From positions 322,153-386,152 of the forward strand of contig JBPOGH010000002.1 of assembly GCA_051252135.1 (NCBI GenBank): DNA of 64,000 nt. The letters are read 5' to 3'. The notes under the pieces were generated by a model that saw only the letters and a program-made list of their open reading frames with translations, had not been told where the DNA came from and did no database searches. Of this stretch, positions 48,444 to 57,812 are shown piece by piece (position 1 is the first letter of the stretch; every line of letters starts with the position of its first letter). This DNA is from Verrucomicrobiaceae bacterium (GTDB taxonomy: Bacteria > Verrucomicrobiota > Verrucomicrobiia > Verrucomicrobiales > Akkermansiaceae). Made by a program: the position numbers and the translations under genes.

Positions 48444-49243
48444 TTTGAGATTTGAACAGGGAGATTTAAAAGGTGGGGGGCTTGGTTGAGGGGAGGTTTT
48501 TAACCGCAACCGGAACGAAGTGGAGATAGCCTTTAGGCAAATGGACAGGATGGAAGGGATGGCTTGGTTGGGGGGCTTGGTTGGGGGGGGAGGGAACGCG
48601 AATCTTGCGAATTGGGCGAATCTTGGGTTGGGGCTTGGTTGGGGGGATGAACACTGAACATTTAACATCTAACATTTAGATTTGAATTGCCGGGGTTGGG
48701 GAGCTTGGTTGAGGGGGCTTGGGTTGGGGAGGGTGTCCGCAGATTAAGAAGATTTACGCAGATGGTTGAGGGGGGAGAATTTGGAATTAGGGATCAGGAA
48801 TTGCTTGGTTGAGGAGGATTTGACCACAGAGAGAGCAGAGGCTTGGTTGGGGGGATAGAGGGATGGAGAGAGTGGGGGAGGGGGGCTTGGTTGGGGGGGC
48901 TTGGTTGGGGGGCTTGGTTGGGGGGCTTGGTTGGGGGGCTTGGTTGGGGGGAAGGGAATCAGTGCTTCGCACTGATCTGTGAAGTGCGTCTGCAGGCAGA
49001 CGGGTGTTTTCCTGGGGCTGAAGCCCCAGGCTTTGTTCTGTTGTCCTTTCAGGACATTTGAGGGGAGAAAGTGGCGCTGATGATGTGATCCCTCATGTCC
49101 GCGTTGTTGTCGTTCAGGATATTTGAGGGGAGAAGGTAGCTGGAAGAGCTTGGGAACTTTCCATGGGCGGGGTTGTCTTTTTTAGTTCATTTTTTGGGAG
49201 ATGGGAGATGGGAGTGGGGAGATTTGGAAATTGAGATTTGAGG
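48444..49243. repeat. Complex repeat/spacer array with GCTTGGTTG(G/A)GGGG linker
   Basis: 12 exact GCTTGGTTG copies (48480, 48562, 48575, 48633, 48703, 48803, 48841, 48885, 48899, 48912, 48925, 48938) plus variants, with microsatellite spacers and palindromes. Confidence 0.9.
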
Positions 49244-49271
49244 TTTTTGTGGGAAAGGGGGAGTGTGGGGC

Positions 49272-50249
49272 GTGGACCTTCCGATTCGACCCCGACGTAA
49301 CCGTAAATCTGCCGGGGTGCGTGCTCTGGTGCGTGAGACTTTGCTTTCGCCCGGTGATTTTATTCTGCCCTTGTTTTTGCATGACGGGGCGGAGGATGAG
49401 GCGATTGAGTCGATGCCGGGCTGCGTAAGGTGGTCATTGGAGGGCTTGGTGAAGGAGGCAGGGGAAGCGTTGGCGTTGGGGATTCCGGGGGTGGTGCTTT
49501 TTCCGAGGATTGAGGAGGGATTGAAGACGTCTGGGGCGGAAGAGTGTTTCAATGCGGAGGGCTTGATTCCGCGGGCGATCCGGGCGCTGAAGGAGGCGCA
49601 TCCGGACCTGGTGGTGATGACGGATATTGCGCTCGATCCTTACAATGAGGATGGGCACGACGGGTTGGTGGTGGAGGGTGAGATTTTGAATGATGAGACG
49701 GTTCGGGTGTTGTGTCATCAGGCGGTGTGTCATGCGGAGGCGGGAGCCGATGTGGTGTCGCCGAGTGACATGATGGACGGTCGGGTGGGGGAATTGCGGG
49801 AGGCACTGGACGAGCATGGGCACGAGCAGGTGTCGATTTGCAGTTATACGGCGAAGTATGCCTCGGCGTATTATGGTCCGTTTCGGGGGGCGTTGGGGTC
49901 GGCACCGAAGGCGGGGGACAAGAAGACTTATCAGATGGACCCGGCGAACAAGCGGGAGGCGGTGCGGGAGCTCTTGCTCGATGAGGAAGAGGGGGCGGAC
50001 ATTGTGATGGTGAAGCCGGCGGGGCCTTATCTGGATGTGATTGCGGAGTTGCGCGATCACACGACGCTGCCGGTGGCGGCTTATCAGGTGAGCGGAGAGT
50101 ATCTCATGATCAAGAGTGCGTCGAAGGATGGCTGGATCGATGAAGAGAAGGTGATGATGGAGAGTCTGATGGGGATCAAGCGGGCGGGGGCGGACGTGAT
50201 CTTAACTTACTTTGCGAAAGCGGCAGCGCGGGTTTTGCGGGGTGAGTGA
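49272..50249 (+). CDS. hemB: Porphobilinogen synthase
   Basis: RPRRNR, DIALDPY..GHDG, PSDMMDGR, YQMDP, MVKP, AYQVSGEY. Confidence 0.97.
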   Translation: MDLPIRPRRNRKSAGVRALVRETLLSPGDFILPLFLHDGAEDEAIESMPGCVRWSLEGLVKEAGEALALGIPGVVLFPRIEEGLKTSGAEECFNAEGLIPRAIRALKEAHPDLVVMTDIALDPYNEDGHDGLVVEGEILNDETVRVLCHQAVCHAEAGADVVSPSDMMDGRVGELREALDEHGHEQVSICSYTAKYASAYYGPFRGALGSAPKAGDKKTYQMDPANKREAVRELLLDEEEGADIVMVKPAGPYLDVIAELRDHTTLPVAAYQVSGEYLMIKSASKDGWIDEEKVMMESLMGIKRAGADVILTYFAKAAARVLRGE

Positions 50250-50312
50250 AATCGGTGAGAATTTATTTTTTAGGGAGCAAGACGAGGAGAACCCCCAGCG
50301 TATCAAAGCGGA

Positions 50313-51320
50313 ATGAGTGACGACAAAGCGGCGGTGCAGAAATTGCACGAGAGTTACAAGCGGATGAAAGAGGAGCTGTCGCAAGTGATTGTGGGGCAGG
50401 ATCAGGTGGTGGAGCAGGTGTTGATGGCGATGTTTTGTCGTGGTCATGCCTTGCTGGTGGGTGTGCCGGGATTGGCGAAGACGCTGCTGGTGTCATCGGT
50501 TTCCGAGGCGCTGCATCTGGAGTACAAGCGGGTGCAGTTTACGCCCGATCTGATGCCGGCGGACATCACGGGAACGGACGTGCTGGAAGTGGATCCGGAG
50601 ACGGGTCACCGGGGGTTTCGTTTTGTGAACGGGCCGCTGTTTGGGAATATGATTTTGGCGGACGAGATTAACCGGACGCCACCGAAGACGCAGGCGGCGT
50701 TGCTGGAGGCGATGCAGGAGCATCAGGTGACGGTGGGTGAGCGGACGCTGCATTTGCCGGAGCCTTTCTTTGTGTTGGCGACGCAGAACCCGATTGAGCA
50801 GGAGGGAACCTATCCGCTGCCGGAGGCGCAGCTGGACCGATTTTTGTTCAGCATTCTGCTGGATTACCCAAGCGAGGAGGAAGAGCGGGAGATCATCCGG
50901 CGGGTGACGAGCCCGAGTGAGGCGAAGATCACGCCGATGATGACGGGTGAGGAGATTTTGGAGCTGCAGCAGGTGGTGAAGCGGGTGCCGGTGGGTGACC
51001 ATGTGATCGACTTTGCGGCGAAGCTGACACGGGCGACTCGTCCGGGAAGTGACGATGCGCCTGACTTTGTGAAGGAGATGGTGGGTTGGGGGGCGGGTCC
51101 CCGTGCGGGGATTGCGTTGATCTCGGCGGCGAAGGCGCATGCGGTGTTGAAAGGCCGGATGCATGCGACGACGGCTGATGTGGCTGCGGTTTCCTATCCG
51201 GTGCTCCGGCATCGGGTGCTGACGACCTTTAACGCGGAAGCGGCGGGGGTGAAGAGCGATGACATTATTCGCCGATTGCTTGAGGAAATTGGCTCCGGGG
51301 AAGTCGACATTCAGGTTTAA
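50313..51320 (+). CDS. moxR: MoxR-family AAA+ ATPase
   Basis: GVPGLAKT, FTPDLMP, DEINRTPPKTQAALLEAM, LPEAQLDRF. Confidence 0.95.
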   Translation: MSDDKAAVQKLHESYKRMKEELSQVIVGQDQVVEQVLMAMFCRGHALLVGVPGLAKTLLVSSVSEALHLEYKRVQFTPDLMPADITGTDVLEVDPETGHRGFRFVNGPLFGNMILADEINRTPPKTQAALLEAMQEHQVTVGERTLHLPEPFFVLATQNPIEQEGTYPLPEAQLDRFLFSILLDYPSEEEEREIIRRVTSPSEAKITPMMTGEEILELQQVVKRVPVGDHVIDFAAKLTRATRPGSDDAPDFVKEMVGWGAGPRAGIALISAAKAHAVLKGRMHATTADVAAVSYPVLRHRVLTTFNAEAAGVKSDDIIRRLLEEIGSGEVDIQV

Positions 51321-51335
51321 TCCCTCCGACTGACG

Positions 51336-52259
51336 ATGAGTGACGGGAGTGAGAAGCTGAAGATGCCAGAGTGCATGCGCTTGCTCACGCCCGAGGTGAT
51401 GGCGGTGATGAAGCGCCTGGAATGGCTGGCGCGGCGACGGATGCAAGGGACGCTCTCGGGGAGGCACACGAGTCCGGACAAGGGGGTGTCGGTGGAGTTT
51501 GCGGAGCACCGGGAGTATGCACGGGGGGATGATCCGAAGAATCTGGACTGGCGGGTGATGGCGAAGAGTGATCGCAATGTGGTGAAGCAATTCATTCAGG
51601 AGACGAACCTGCGGGCGACGGTGGTGCTGGATGTCTCGGGGTCGATGAGCTTCCGGGGTGAGCAATCGGAGAAGTCGAAGTTTGAGTATGGGAGCGAGTT
51701 GGCGGCGGCCTTGGCTTATTTGTTTATCAAGCAGGGGGATGCGGCGGGGTTGGTGACCTTTGATCATGAGGTGCGGGCCCTGATGCGGGCGGAGAGCCGG
51801 CCGAGCCAAGTACGAAGAATTTGCGAGGTGCTGCATGCGAGCGAGCCGGGTGAGGAGACGGGGGTGGGGAAGGTGCTGCACGAAGTGGCGGAACGGATTC
51901 CGCAACGGGGGTTGGTGGTGTTGATCAGTGATCTCTTTGATGATCCGAAGGAGATTGTGGAGGCGCTGCACCATTTTGATTTCCGGCAGCATGAACTGGT
52001 GGTGTTTCATGTGCTGGCGGAGGAGGAACTGAGCTTTCCGTTTCGAAATTTTCAGCGGTTTAAGGATTTGGAGGGGGTGGAGGAGATGTTGCGGATTGAT
52101 CCGCAGGCGGTGCGGGCGGCTTATCTGGATAAACTGCGGGAGTTCATTGCCTCGGTGGAGGCGGTGTGTGGAAACATCCGGGCGGATTATGTGCCGGTGA
52201 CGACGAAGACGCCGTTGCCGGAAACGCTAACGCGATACTTGGGAAGGAGGAGGCGTTAG
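51336..52259 (+). CDS. DUF58 domain protein
   Basis: G.SVEFAEHREY..GDD...LDW, DVSGSM, ISD. Confidence 0.92.
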   Translation: MSDGSEKLKMPECMRLLTPEVMAVMKRLEWLARRRMQGTLSGRHTSPDKGVSVEFAEHREYARGDDPKNLDWRVMAKSDRNVVKQFIQETNLRATVVLDVSGSMSFRGEQSEKSKFEYGSELAAALAYLFIKQGDAAGLVTFDHEVRALMRAESRPSQVRRICEVLHASEPGEETGVGKVLHEVAERIPQRGLVVLISDLFDDPKEIVEALHHFDFRQHELVVFHVLAEEELSFPFRNFQRFKDLEGVEEMLRIDPQAVRAAYLDKLREFIASVEAVCGNIRADYVPVTTKTPLPETLTRYLGRRRR

Positions 52260-52262
52260 GGG

Positions 52263-55118
52263 ATGCTCTTTTTAAATCCATGGCTGTTGATTGGGTTGGC
52301 GGGGGTGTTGATCCCGGTGATCCTGCATTTGATCCGGAGTCAGGCGGCGAAGCCCTACGACTGGGGTGCGATGCGATTTTTGTTCGATACGGTGGCGACG
52401 CGTCGTCGGCGGATGGAGTGGGAGGATTTGCTGCTGATGGTGACGCGTTGTTTGCTGCTGGCCTTGATTGCTTTGGCGTTGGCGCGGCCCTTTACGCCAC
52501 CGGACTCGCAGGTGCCGTGGTTGTTTGTGCTGCCAATGGCCTTGCTGGGAGTGGCGGCATTTGGGGGATCCTTTGTGCTGTCGCAGAAGAAGCCGCGGTG
52601 GATTGTGCGCGGGGTGGGATTTTTTTGTGTGTTGGCGGCGGGGGTGATGATGTGGTTTGAGAAGCAGTGGAATTTACAGCGGTTTCAGACGAGTGAGCGT
52701 CGGGACATTGCGTTGGTGATTGACGGGTCGACGTCGATGTCGCTCACGGACAAAGGAGTGAGCGCGTTTGATCGTTCGGTGGAGGAAGCGCGGGAGCTGG
52801 TGAAGAACGCGCCGCGGGGGACGGCGTTTTCGGTGGTGCTGGGTGGGCCTGCTCCGGAGTTGCGGACGGCGACGCCGCTGACGCATCGGGCGGATGTGCT
52901 GGAAGTTTTGGATGGCCTGGAGCCGGTGGGTGGTCCGTTTCGGGCGCATGAGGCGCTGGGGGTGGCGACGGTGAGTTTGGCGGAGGGGCGGGGTGCGACG
53001 AAGGACATCGTTGCCTTTACGGATTCGCAGCGGCTGGGGTGGAGATTTGAGAGCCCGAGTGCGTGGGAGAATCTGGGGGAGGCGTGGGAGGGGTTGCCAT
53101 CGAAGCCGCGACTTTTGTTGAGATCGATTCCGGCACCGAGGAAGCTGCGCAATGTTTCGCTGACGCGGATTGAGGTGTCGCGTGAGGTGGTGGGGATGGA
53201 TCGGGAGGTGATTGTTCGTTTGCCGGTGGAGAATACGGGGACGGAGGCAGTGACGCCGGGGCTGGTGGAATTTCGGGTGGAGGACAAAGTGGTGGGGGAA
53301 AAGGGCGTGGGTCAGCTGGCGCCGGGGGAGGAAGCGTTGATTGAGTTCCGGCATCGGTTCACGAGCGTGGGGCCGAAGGTGCTGACAGCGAAGATCAGCA
53401 GTGCGGATGACATGACGGGGGATGATCAGGTGGAGCGGGTGGTGTGGGTGAAGAAGTCACTGCCGGTGGTGCTGGTGGAGGGGAATCCTTCGGGGGAATT
53501 TTTTGATCGGGCGGCCTCCTATCTGGGGTTGGCATTGGTGCCGGATTCGTCACAGGAGGGGGAATGGTTTATGGATCCGAAGGTGGTGGATGCGACGGCG
53601 GTGGGATCGTTGGATTTGGAAGGAGTGGCGGTGGTGGTGCTGGCGGATGTGGCGCGGCTGCCGGCGGGGGTGGCGTCGCGGCTGGCGGACTTTGTGGTGA
53701 AGGGTGGCGGGTTGTGGGTGATTGGGGGGCCGAAGATGGAGGAGGGATTTTATAACAATTGGCGGAGTGCGGATGGTGCGATGATGCCGATTGAGCTGCG
53801 TGAGATGGTGGTGCCGGAGGGTGGGGTGAGGATGGCGCCGGGGAGTTTTGATCATCCGGTGTTGCGACTTTTTCAGGGTCGTGCGGGGGAGGATTTGGGT
53901 GAGGGGTTGCTGGATTCGTATCGAGCGACGGGCGGGGCGAAGAAGGGGGCGCAGGTGGCGGCGCGATTTGAAGATGGAGAGCCGAGCCTGGTGACGCGAT
54001 CGGTGGGGCGGGGTCGGGTGATTTTGAGCACGTGCGGTCTGGACGGACGGTCCGGGAGTTTGCCGGTGCGGCCGAGTTTTGTGCCATTTGTGCATGAGGT
54101 GACGACGTGGTTGGCAGGGGCGCGCGGGGTGGACTTGAATGTGAAAGCGAGCTGGAGTCCGGCGCTTGGGTTGCCGGGCGGGAGTGGGTTGCGGGGTCGT
54201 TATTTCAGGGGGAAGCGTGAGAAGAGTGCGATGATGGTGGATCGGACTGATGCGACGATTGATTTCGATTGGGGGAATGAGGGGATTGGGAAGGGGCTGC
54301 CCCGGGATGAGTTTCGGGTGCTGTGGTCGGGCGCGTTGGTGGTGCCGGAGAGCGGGAATTACGTCTTCACGGTGAAGGTGGATGACAATTTTAAGCTCTT
54401 GCTGGATGACGAGGTGGTGATTGATGCGACGGGGGGAGAGAAGAAATCGGCCGCGATTCGGCTGGAGGCGGGAGATGCGATTCCGCTGCGAGCGAGATTT
54501 GAGGAAGAGTGGGGTGAGGCGTTTGTGAGCTTGAGTTGGACGAAGCCGGATGGGACGACGGAAGTGATTCCGGCTTCGGCTTTTGTGCCGCTGGGTGGCG
54601 AGGGGGATGATGAGATTGTGGGTGAGAGTGAGGCGAATGATCCGCGTGGGGAGAAGCGGGAGGTGCAGGCGCTGCAAGGGCGGCGCGGGCGGGTGCTGCA
54701 GGTGTCGGGATCGGCGCTGCCGGGAGAGTATCGGGTGGGAGTTCCGGAGGAAGTGCGGGGATCGCTGGAGGGGCGCGAGGAGGTGCCGTTGGTGGTGTTG
54801 CGGGAGGCCGAAGAGAGTCGTTTTGAAGCGTTCAATGAGGACGACCGGGGATTGATCCGGAGAGAGCTGGATTTGATCGAGGTGAAGTCGGGGGCGGATT
54901 TGTTAGCGGTGTTGCGAGGGGAAGGGTTTGGTCGGGAGATTTGGAAGGTGCTGGCGCTGGCGGCGTTGGTGTTGTTTTTTGCGGAGGGGTTTTTGGCGCG
55001 GTGGGTGTCGAAGTCGCGCAAGGCGGGAGAGGAAGTGAAGGTTGATTTTGAAAAACGCGGGGAGAGCTCGGCGGAGTTTGTGGATGCGTTATCGCGTGTG
55101 AAGGGAGGCGGGAAATGA
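52263..55118 (+). CDS. BatA/vWA/CARDB-like/GATase-like/PA14 membrane protein
   Basis: FLNP..PVILHL..WGAMRFL (BatA), DGSTSM (MIDAS), IDFDWG..F.VLWSG (PA14), C-terminal EIW..E.FLAR. Confidence 0.85.
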   Translation: MLFLNPWLLIGLAGVLIPVILHLIRSQAAKPYDWGAMRFLFDTVATRRRRMEWEDLLLMVTRCLLLALIALALARPFTPPDSQVPWLFVLPMALLGVAAFGGSFVLSQKKPRWIVRGVGFFCVLAAGVMMWFEKQWNLQRFQTSERRDIALVIDGSTSMSLTDKGVSAFDRSVEEARELVKNAPRGTAFSVVLGGPAPELRTATPLTHRADVLEVLDGLEPVGGPFRAHEALGVATVSLAEGRGATKDIVAFTDSQRLGWRFESPSAWENLGEAWEGLPSKPRLLLRSIPAPRKLRNVSLTRIEVSREVVGMDREVIVRLPVENTGTEAVTPGLVEFRVEDKVVGEKGVGQLAPGEEALIEFRHRFTSVGPKVLTAKISSADDMTGDDQVERVVWVKKSLPVVLVEGNPSGEFFDRAASYLGLALVPDSSQEGEWFMDPKVVDATAVGSLDLEGVAVVVLADVARLPAGVASRLADFVVKGGGLWVIGGPKMEEGFYNNWRSADGAMMPIELREMVVPEGGVRMAPGSFDHPVLRLFQGRAGEDLGEGLLDSYRATGGAKKGAQVAARFEDGEPSLVTRSVGRGRVILSTCGLDGRSGSLPVRPSFVPFVHEVTTWLAGARGVDLNVKASWSPALGLPGGSGLRGRYFRGKREKSAMMVDRTDATIDFDWGNEGIGKGLPRDEFRVLWSGALVVPESGNYVFTVKVDDNFKLLLDDEVVIDATGGEKKSAAIRLEAGDAIPLRARFEEEWGEAFVSLSWTKPDGTTEVIPASAFVPLGGEGDDEIVGESEANDPRGEKREVQALQGRRGRVLQVSGSALPGEYRVGVPEEVRGSLEGREEVPLVVLREAEESRFEAFNEDDRGLIRRELDLIEVKSGADLLAVLRGEGFGREIWKVLALAALVLFFAEGFLARWVSKSRKAGEEVKVDFEKRGESSAEFVDALSRVKGGGK

Positions 55119-57502
55119 AGAGTGTGATTCGTGGAGCGGTGGTCTTTTTGGGGCTGTGGGGGCTGGTGACACTGCTGGCTGGCGGGCTGGAATTATCGGG
55201 TCTGTGGCCGTTGTGGGTGATTCCGCTGGTGGGGGAGGTGGGGGCGGAGGTGATCTTGTGGACGTATCGATATGAACGGGAAGCGGTGGGAGTGCGGCGG
55301 GGTCGATGGTTGGTGGGCTTGCGGCTGGGGAGTTTGGCGGTGTTTGCGTGGATTCTTTTGCAGCCGGTGTTTAGTCGGATCGAGGAACGTGATTTGCAGC
55401 GTGAGGTGGTGGTGCTGGTGGATTCGTCGGCCTCGATGAATCTGGTGGATGACGGGCAGGAGAAGTCGCGGATTGAGCTGGCGCGGGAGCGGCTGGAGGC
55501 GACGGGATTGCTTTCGCAGCTGGAAGGCAGGGTGGCGGTGCGCGAAGTGCGGGCGGCGCGGAGTGCGTTGGTGGCGGGAGATGATGCGGTGGAGGGATGG
55601 GATCAGGCTACGGATTTGGCGGCGGCCTTGGACGAGGTGCTGGAACAAGTGCCGCCGGATCAGCTGGCGGGGATGGTGTTGCTGAGTGACGGGCGGCATA
55701 ACCGGCCGGGGAGTGTGGAAGATGCGGCGCGGCGTTTTGGGATTTTGGATGCGCCGATTGCGGTGGTTCCGACGGGGAGTGACAAGCCGCCGAAGGATGC
55801 GGCGATTGTGACGGTGCGTGCGCCGGACTCGGTATACCTGGGTGACCGGATGCGGGTGGCGGCGAAGCTGAAGTTCGACGGGTATCGGGGGAAGAAGGCG
55901 AAGGTGACGCTCTTTAATGGCGAGGAAGAGATCGAGAGCCGGGAGGTGGCGGTGCCGCGTGATGAGTATCGCGAGGAAGTTCGATTTAGGCATGTGCCGG
56001 AGGAGGGAGGGATTCGGGAATACCGGGTGGTGATCGAGGATTTGGAAGGGGAGAGATTTGACAACAACAATGCGTGGTCATTTCAAACGGTGATCACGGA
56101 TGCGCGGACGAACGTGTTGATTGTGGAGAACTCGCCGAGGTGGGAGTTTCGTTACTTGAGGAACCTTTTTTACGGGCGGGATCAGTCGATTCATTTGCAG
56201 TCGGTTCTGCTGGAGCCGGACCGGATTATCGGGCAGGAAGAGAAGAGGGTGCCGGCGTCGGCGAGCCGCCCTTTTGGAGACAGTGAGGCGACGGCGCTTC
56301 CGGAGAATGAAGAGGAGTGGCGGAAGTTTGATGTGATTATTTTGGGTGATTTGTCGCCGGAGGATTTAAGCGGGGAAGAGTGGGCGATCGTGCGGCGTTG
56401 TGTGGTGGATCGTGCGGCGTTGCTGGTGATGGTGGCGGGGCCGAGGTCGATGCCCCATGCGTTTACGGATCCGGCGGCGGAGGCGTTGATTCCGGTGAAG
56501 TATGCGGCGTCACGACGGACGTATTTTGGAGGGAAGGACAAGTTTCATTTCAAGCTGACGAATGGGGGGCGATCGCATGTGATTACCTCGCAGGTGGAGG
56601 GGGAGGTGAGGAACGAGCAGACATGGGCGGAGTTTCCGGTGATTCGCTGGCGGCATCCGGTTGAGGGAATCAAGGATGGTGCGGAGGTGTTGCTTTATGC
56701 GGAAGAGGTGGGGGAGAAGCAGACGAAAGTGAACTCGGCAGCGAGTCTGGATGCGGCGTTGGCGGAAGTGGCGCGGCGGCGCGAAACGGAGGCGGAGAAT
56801 GCCTTGTTGGTGACGCGGCAGACGGGGAATGGCAAGGTGGCGATGCTCTTGACGGACCGGACGTGGCGGCTGCGCGAGGGAGTGGGTGATGTTTATCATC
56901 ATCGATTTTGGGGCCAGTTGGTGCGATGGGGAGCGGGCCCGAATCTGCGGACGGGGTCGGTCACGGCGAGATTGGGGACGGACCAGCTGACCTACACGGG
57001 GGATGATCAGGTGAAGGTGATAGCGCGGCTGCGGGAGGTGAATTTGGCTCCGATTCAGGATGAGAGTTTGCGGGCGGAGATCTCGCTTGATGGGAATCGG
57101 GTGGCGACGGTGCCTTTGGGATACCGCGAGGGTTCGAATGGTCTGCACGAGGTGCTGGCGGGGCCGTTCCGGACGCCGGGGAGCTACGAGGTGCGGCTCG
57201 TGGGGGACCGGGTGAAGGAGGAGATTGTGACGGGTTTTCGGGTGGTGGGCTCGCTGAGTGCGGTGGAGTTGGCGGAGACGACACTTAATTTGCCGCTGCT
57301 GGAGAACATTGCCCGGATGTCGGGTGGTCGGGTTTTGGGGGAGCAGGATGCGGCAGGTTTGGCCGAGCTCTTTTTGACGGGTGAGGACTCGAAAGAGGAG
57401 CTTCGGGAGACGACGTTGTGGGACAAGTGGCCGTTGTTGCTCCTGCTGGGAGTGCTACTGACGAGCGAGTGGGTGCTGCGCCGGCGAGGTGGGTTATCCT
57501 AA
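55115..57502 (+). CDS. vWA plus class I glutamine-amidotransferase-like membrane protein
   Basis: DSSASM, LLSDG.HN, PRWEFRYLRN, FDVIILGD, EWVLRRR. Confidence 0.85.
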   Translation: MKSVIRGAVVFLGLWGLVTLLAGGLELSGLWPLWVIPLVGEVGAEVILWTYRYEREAVGVRRGRWLVGLRLGSLAVFAWILLQPVFSRIEERDLQREVVVLVDSSASMNLVDDGQEKSRIELARERLEATGLLSQLEGRVAVREVRAARSALVAGDDAVEGWDQATDLAAALDEVLEQVPPDQLAGMVLLSDGRHNRPGSVEDAARRFGILDAPIAVVPTGSDKPPKDAAIVTVRAPDSVYLGDRMRVAAKLKFDGYRGKKAKVTLFNGEEEIESREVAVPRDEYREEVRFRHVPEEGGIREYRVVIEDLEGERFDNNNAWSFQTVITDARTNVLIVENSPRWEFRYLRNLFYGRDQSIHLQSVLLEPDRIIGQEEKRVPASASRPFGDSEATALPENEEEWRKFDVIILGDLSPEDLSGEEWAIVRRCVVDRAALLVMVAGPRSMPHAFTDPAAEALIPVKYAASRRTYFGGKDKFHFKLTNGGRSHVITSQVEGEVRNEQTWAEFPVIRWRHPVEGIKDGAEVLLYAEEVGEKQTKVNSAASLDAALAEVARRRETEAENALLVTRQTGNGKVAMLLTDRTWRLREGVGDVYHHRFWGQLVRWGAGPNLRTGSVTARLGTDQLTYTGDDQVKVIARLREVNLAPIQDESLRAEISLDGNRVATVPLGYREGSNGLHEVLAGPFRTPGSYEVRLVGDRVKEEIVTGFRVVGSLSAVELAETTLNLPLLENIARMSGGRVLGEQDAAGLAELFLTGEDSKEELRETTLWDKWPLLLLLGVLLTSEWVLRRRGGLS

Positions 57503-57698
57503 GAGGCCGTCTGAAAAATGCCCAACGAGTGTTCTGATCATTGGGTGCTGAAAGACATGCCGCTTCGCTGAGGAGGCAGGAGGTGAACCCTGCGGGCTGC
57601 ACCGCGCGCAGGCTATGTCCTTCCAGTCCATTCTCGTCCCGCCTTGCTTCAAGAGAAATTCCTTCGCAGCAGTCATTCGGCATTTTTCAGACAGCCTC
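57503..57698. mobile_element. MITE-like element, 196 bp
   Basis: 20-bp TIR GAGGCCGTCTGAAAAATGCC with 19/20 match; directly after a TAA stop codon. Confidence 0.78.
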
Positions 57699-57730
57699 CA
57701 AGAGGCGGAGATTGAAGGGGAGGATTATCC

Positions 57731-57775
57731 AAAAAATGGGGCAGGACCGTGAGGGTGTTGTCCACGATCCTGCCC
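57731..57775 (-). terminator. Possible terminator for 57813-59180
   Basis: GGGCAGGACCGTG...CACGATCCTGCCC stem next to an A-run. Confidence 0.5.
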
Positions 57776-57812
57776 GTCTGTTTTCGGGTGTTATTCAGGC
57801 AAGGGGTAATTT

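Noticed and set aside
48480..48951. Canonical CRISPR array
   Set aside because: The repeat is only ~13 nt, non-palindromic and sometimes tandem without a spacer. Spacers are irregular in length and low-complexity, and no cas genes are in the window.
47970..49061. ORFs across the array (47970-48668, 48466-48675, 48787-48972, 48843-49061)
   Set aside because: Translations (PPTKPPNQA, AWLGGLVGG) are by-products of a 13-nt repeat read in shifting frames, with no protein-like features.
49272..50249. HemB lacking Zn-binding cysteines (and Zn-ribbon-less S14 at 4657)
   Set aside because: Both are well-known widespread variants, not novel.
50313..57502. MoxR-DUF58-BatA-vWA operon as a new system
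   Set aside because: Already a well-described and common PVC/Bacteroidota arrangement; only the PA14 insertion is mildly notable.
57506..57515. Neisseria DNA uptake sequence GCCGTCTGAA (also reverse at ~33729)
   Set aside because: I noticed it only within the MITE TIRs, not dispersed at DUS-like density, so it is treated as coincidental.
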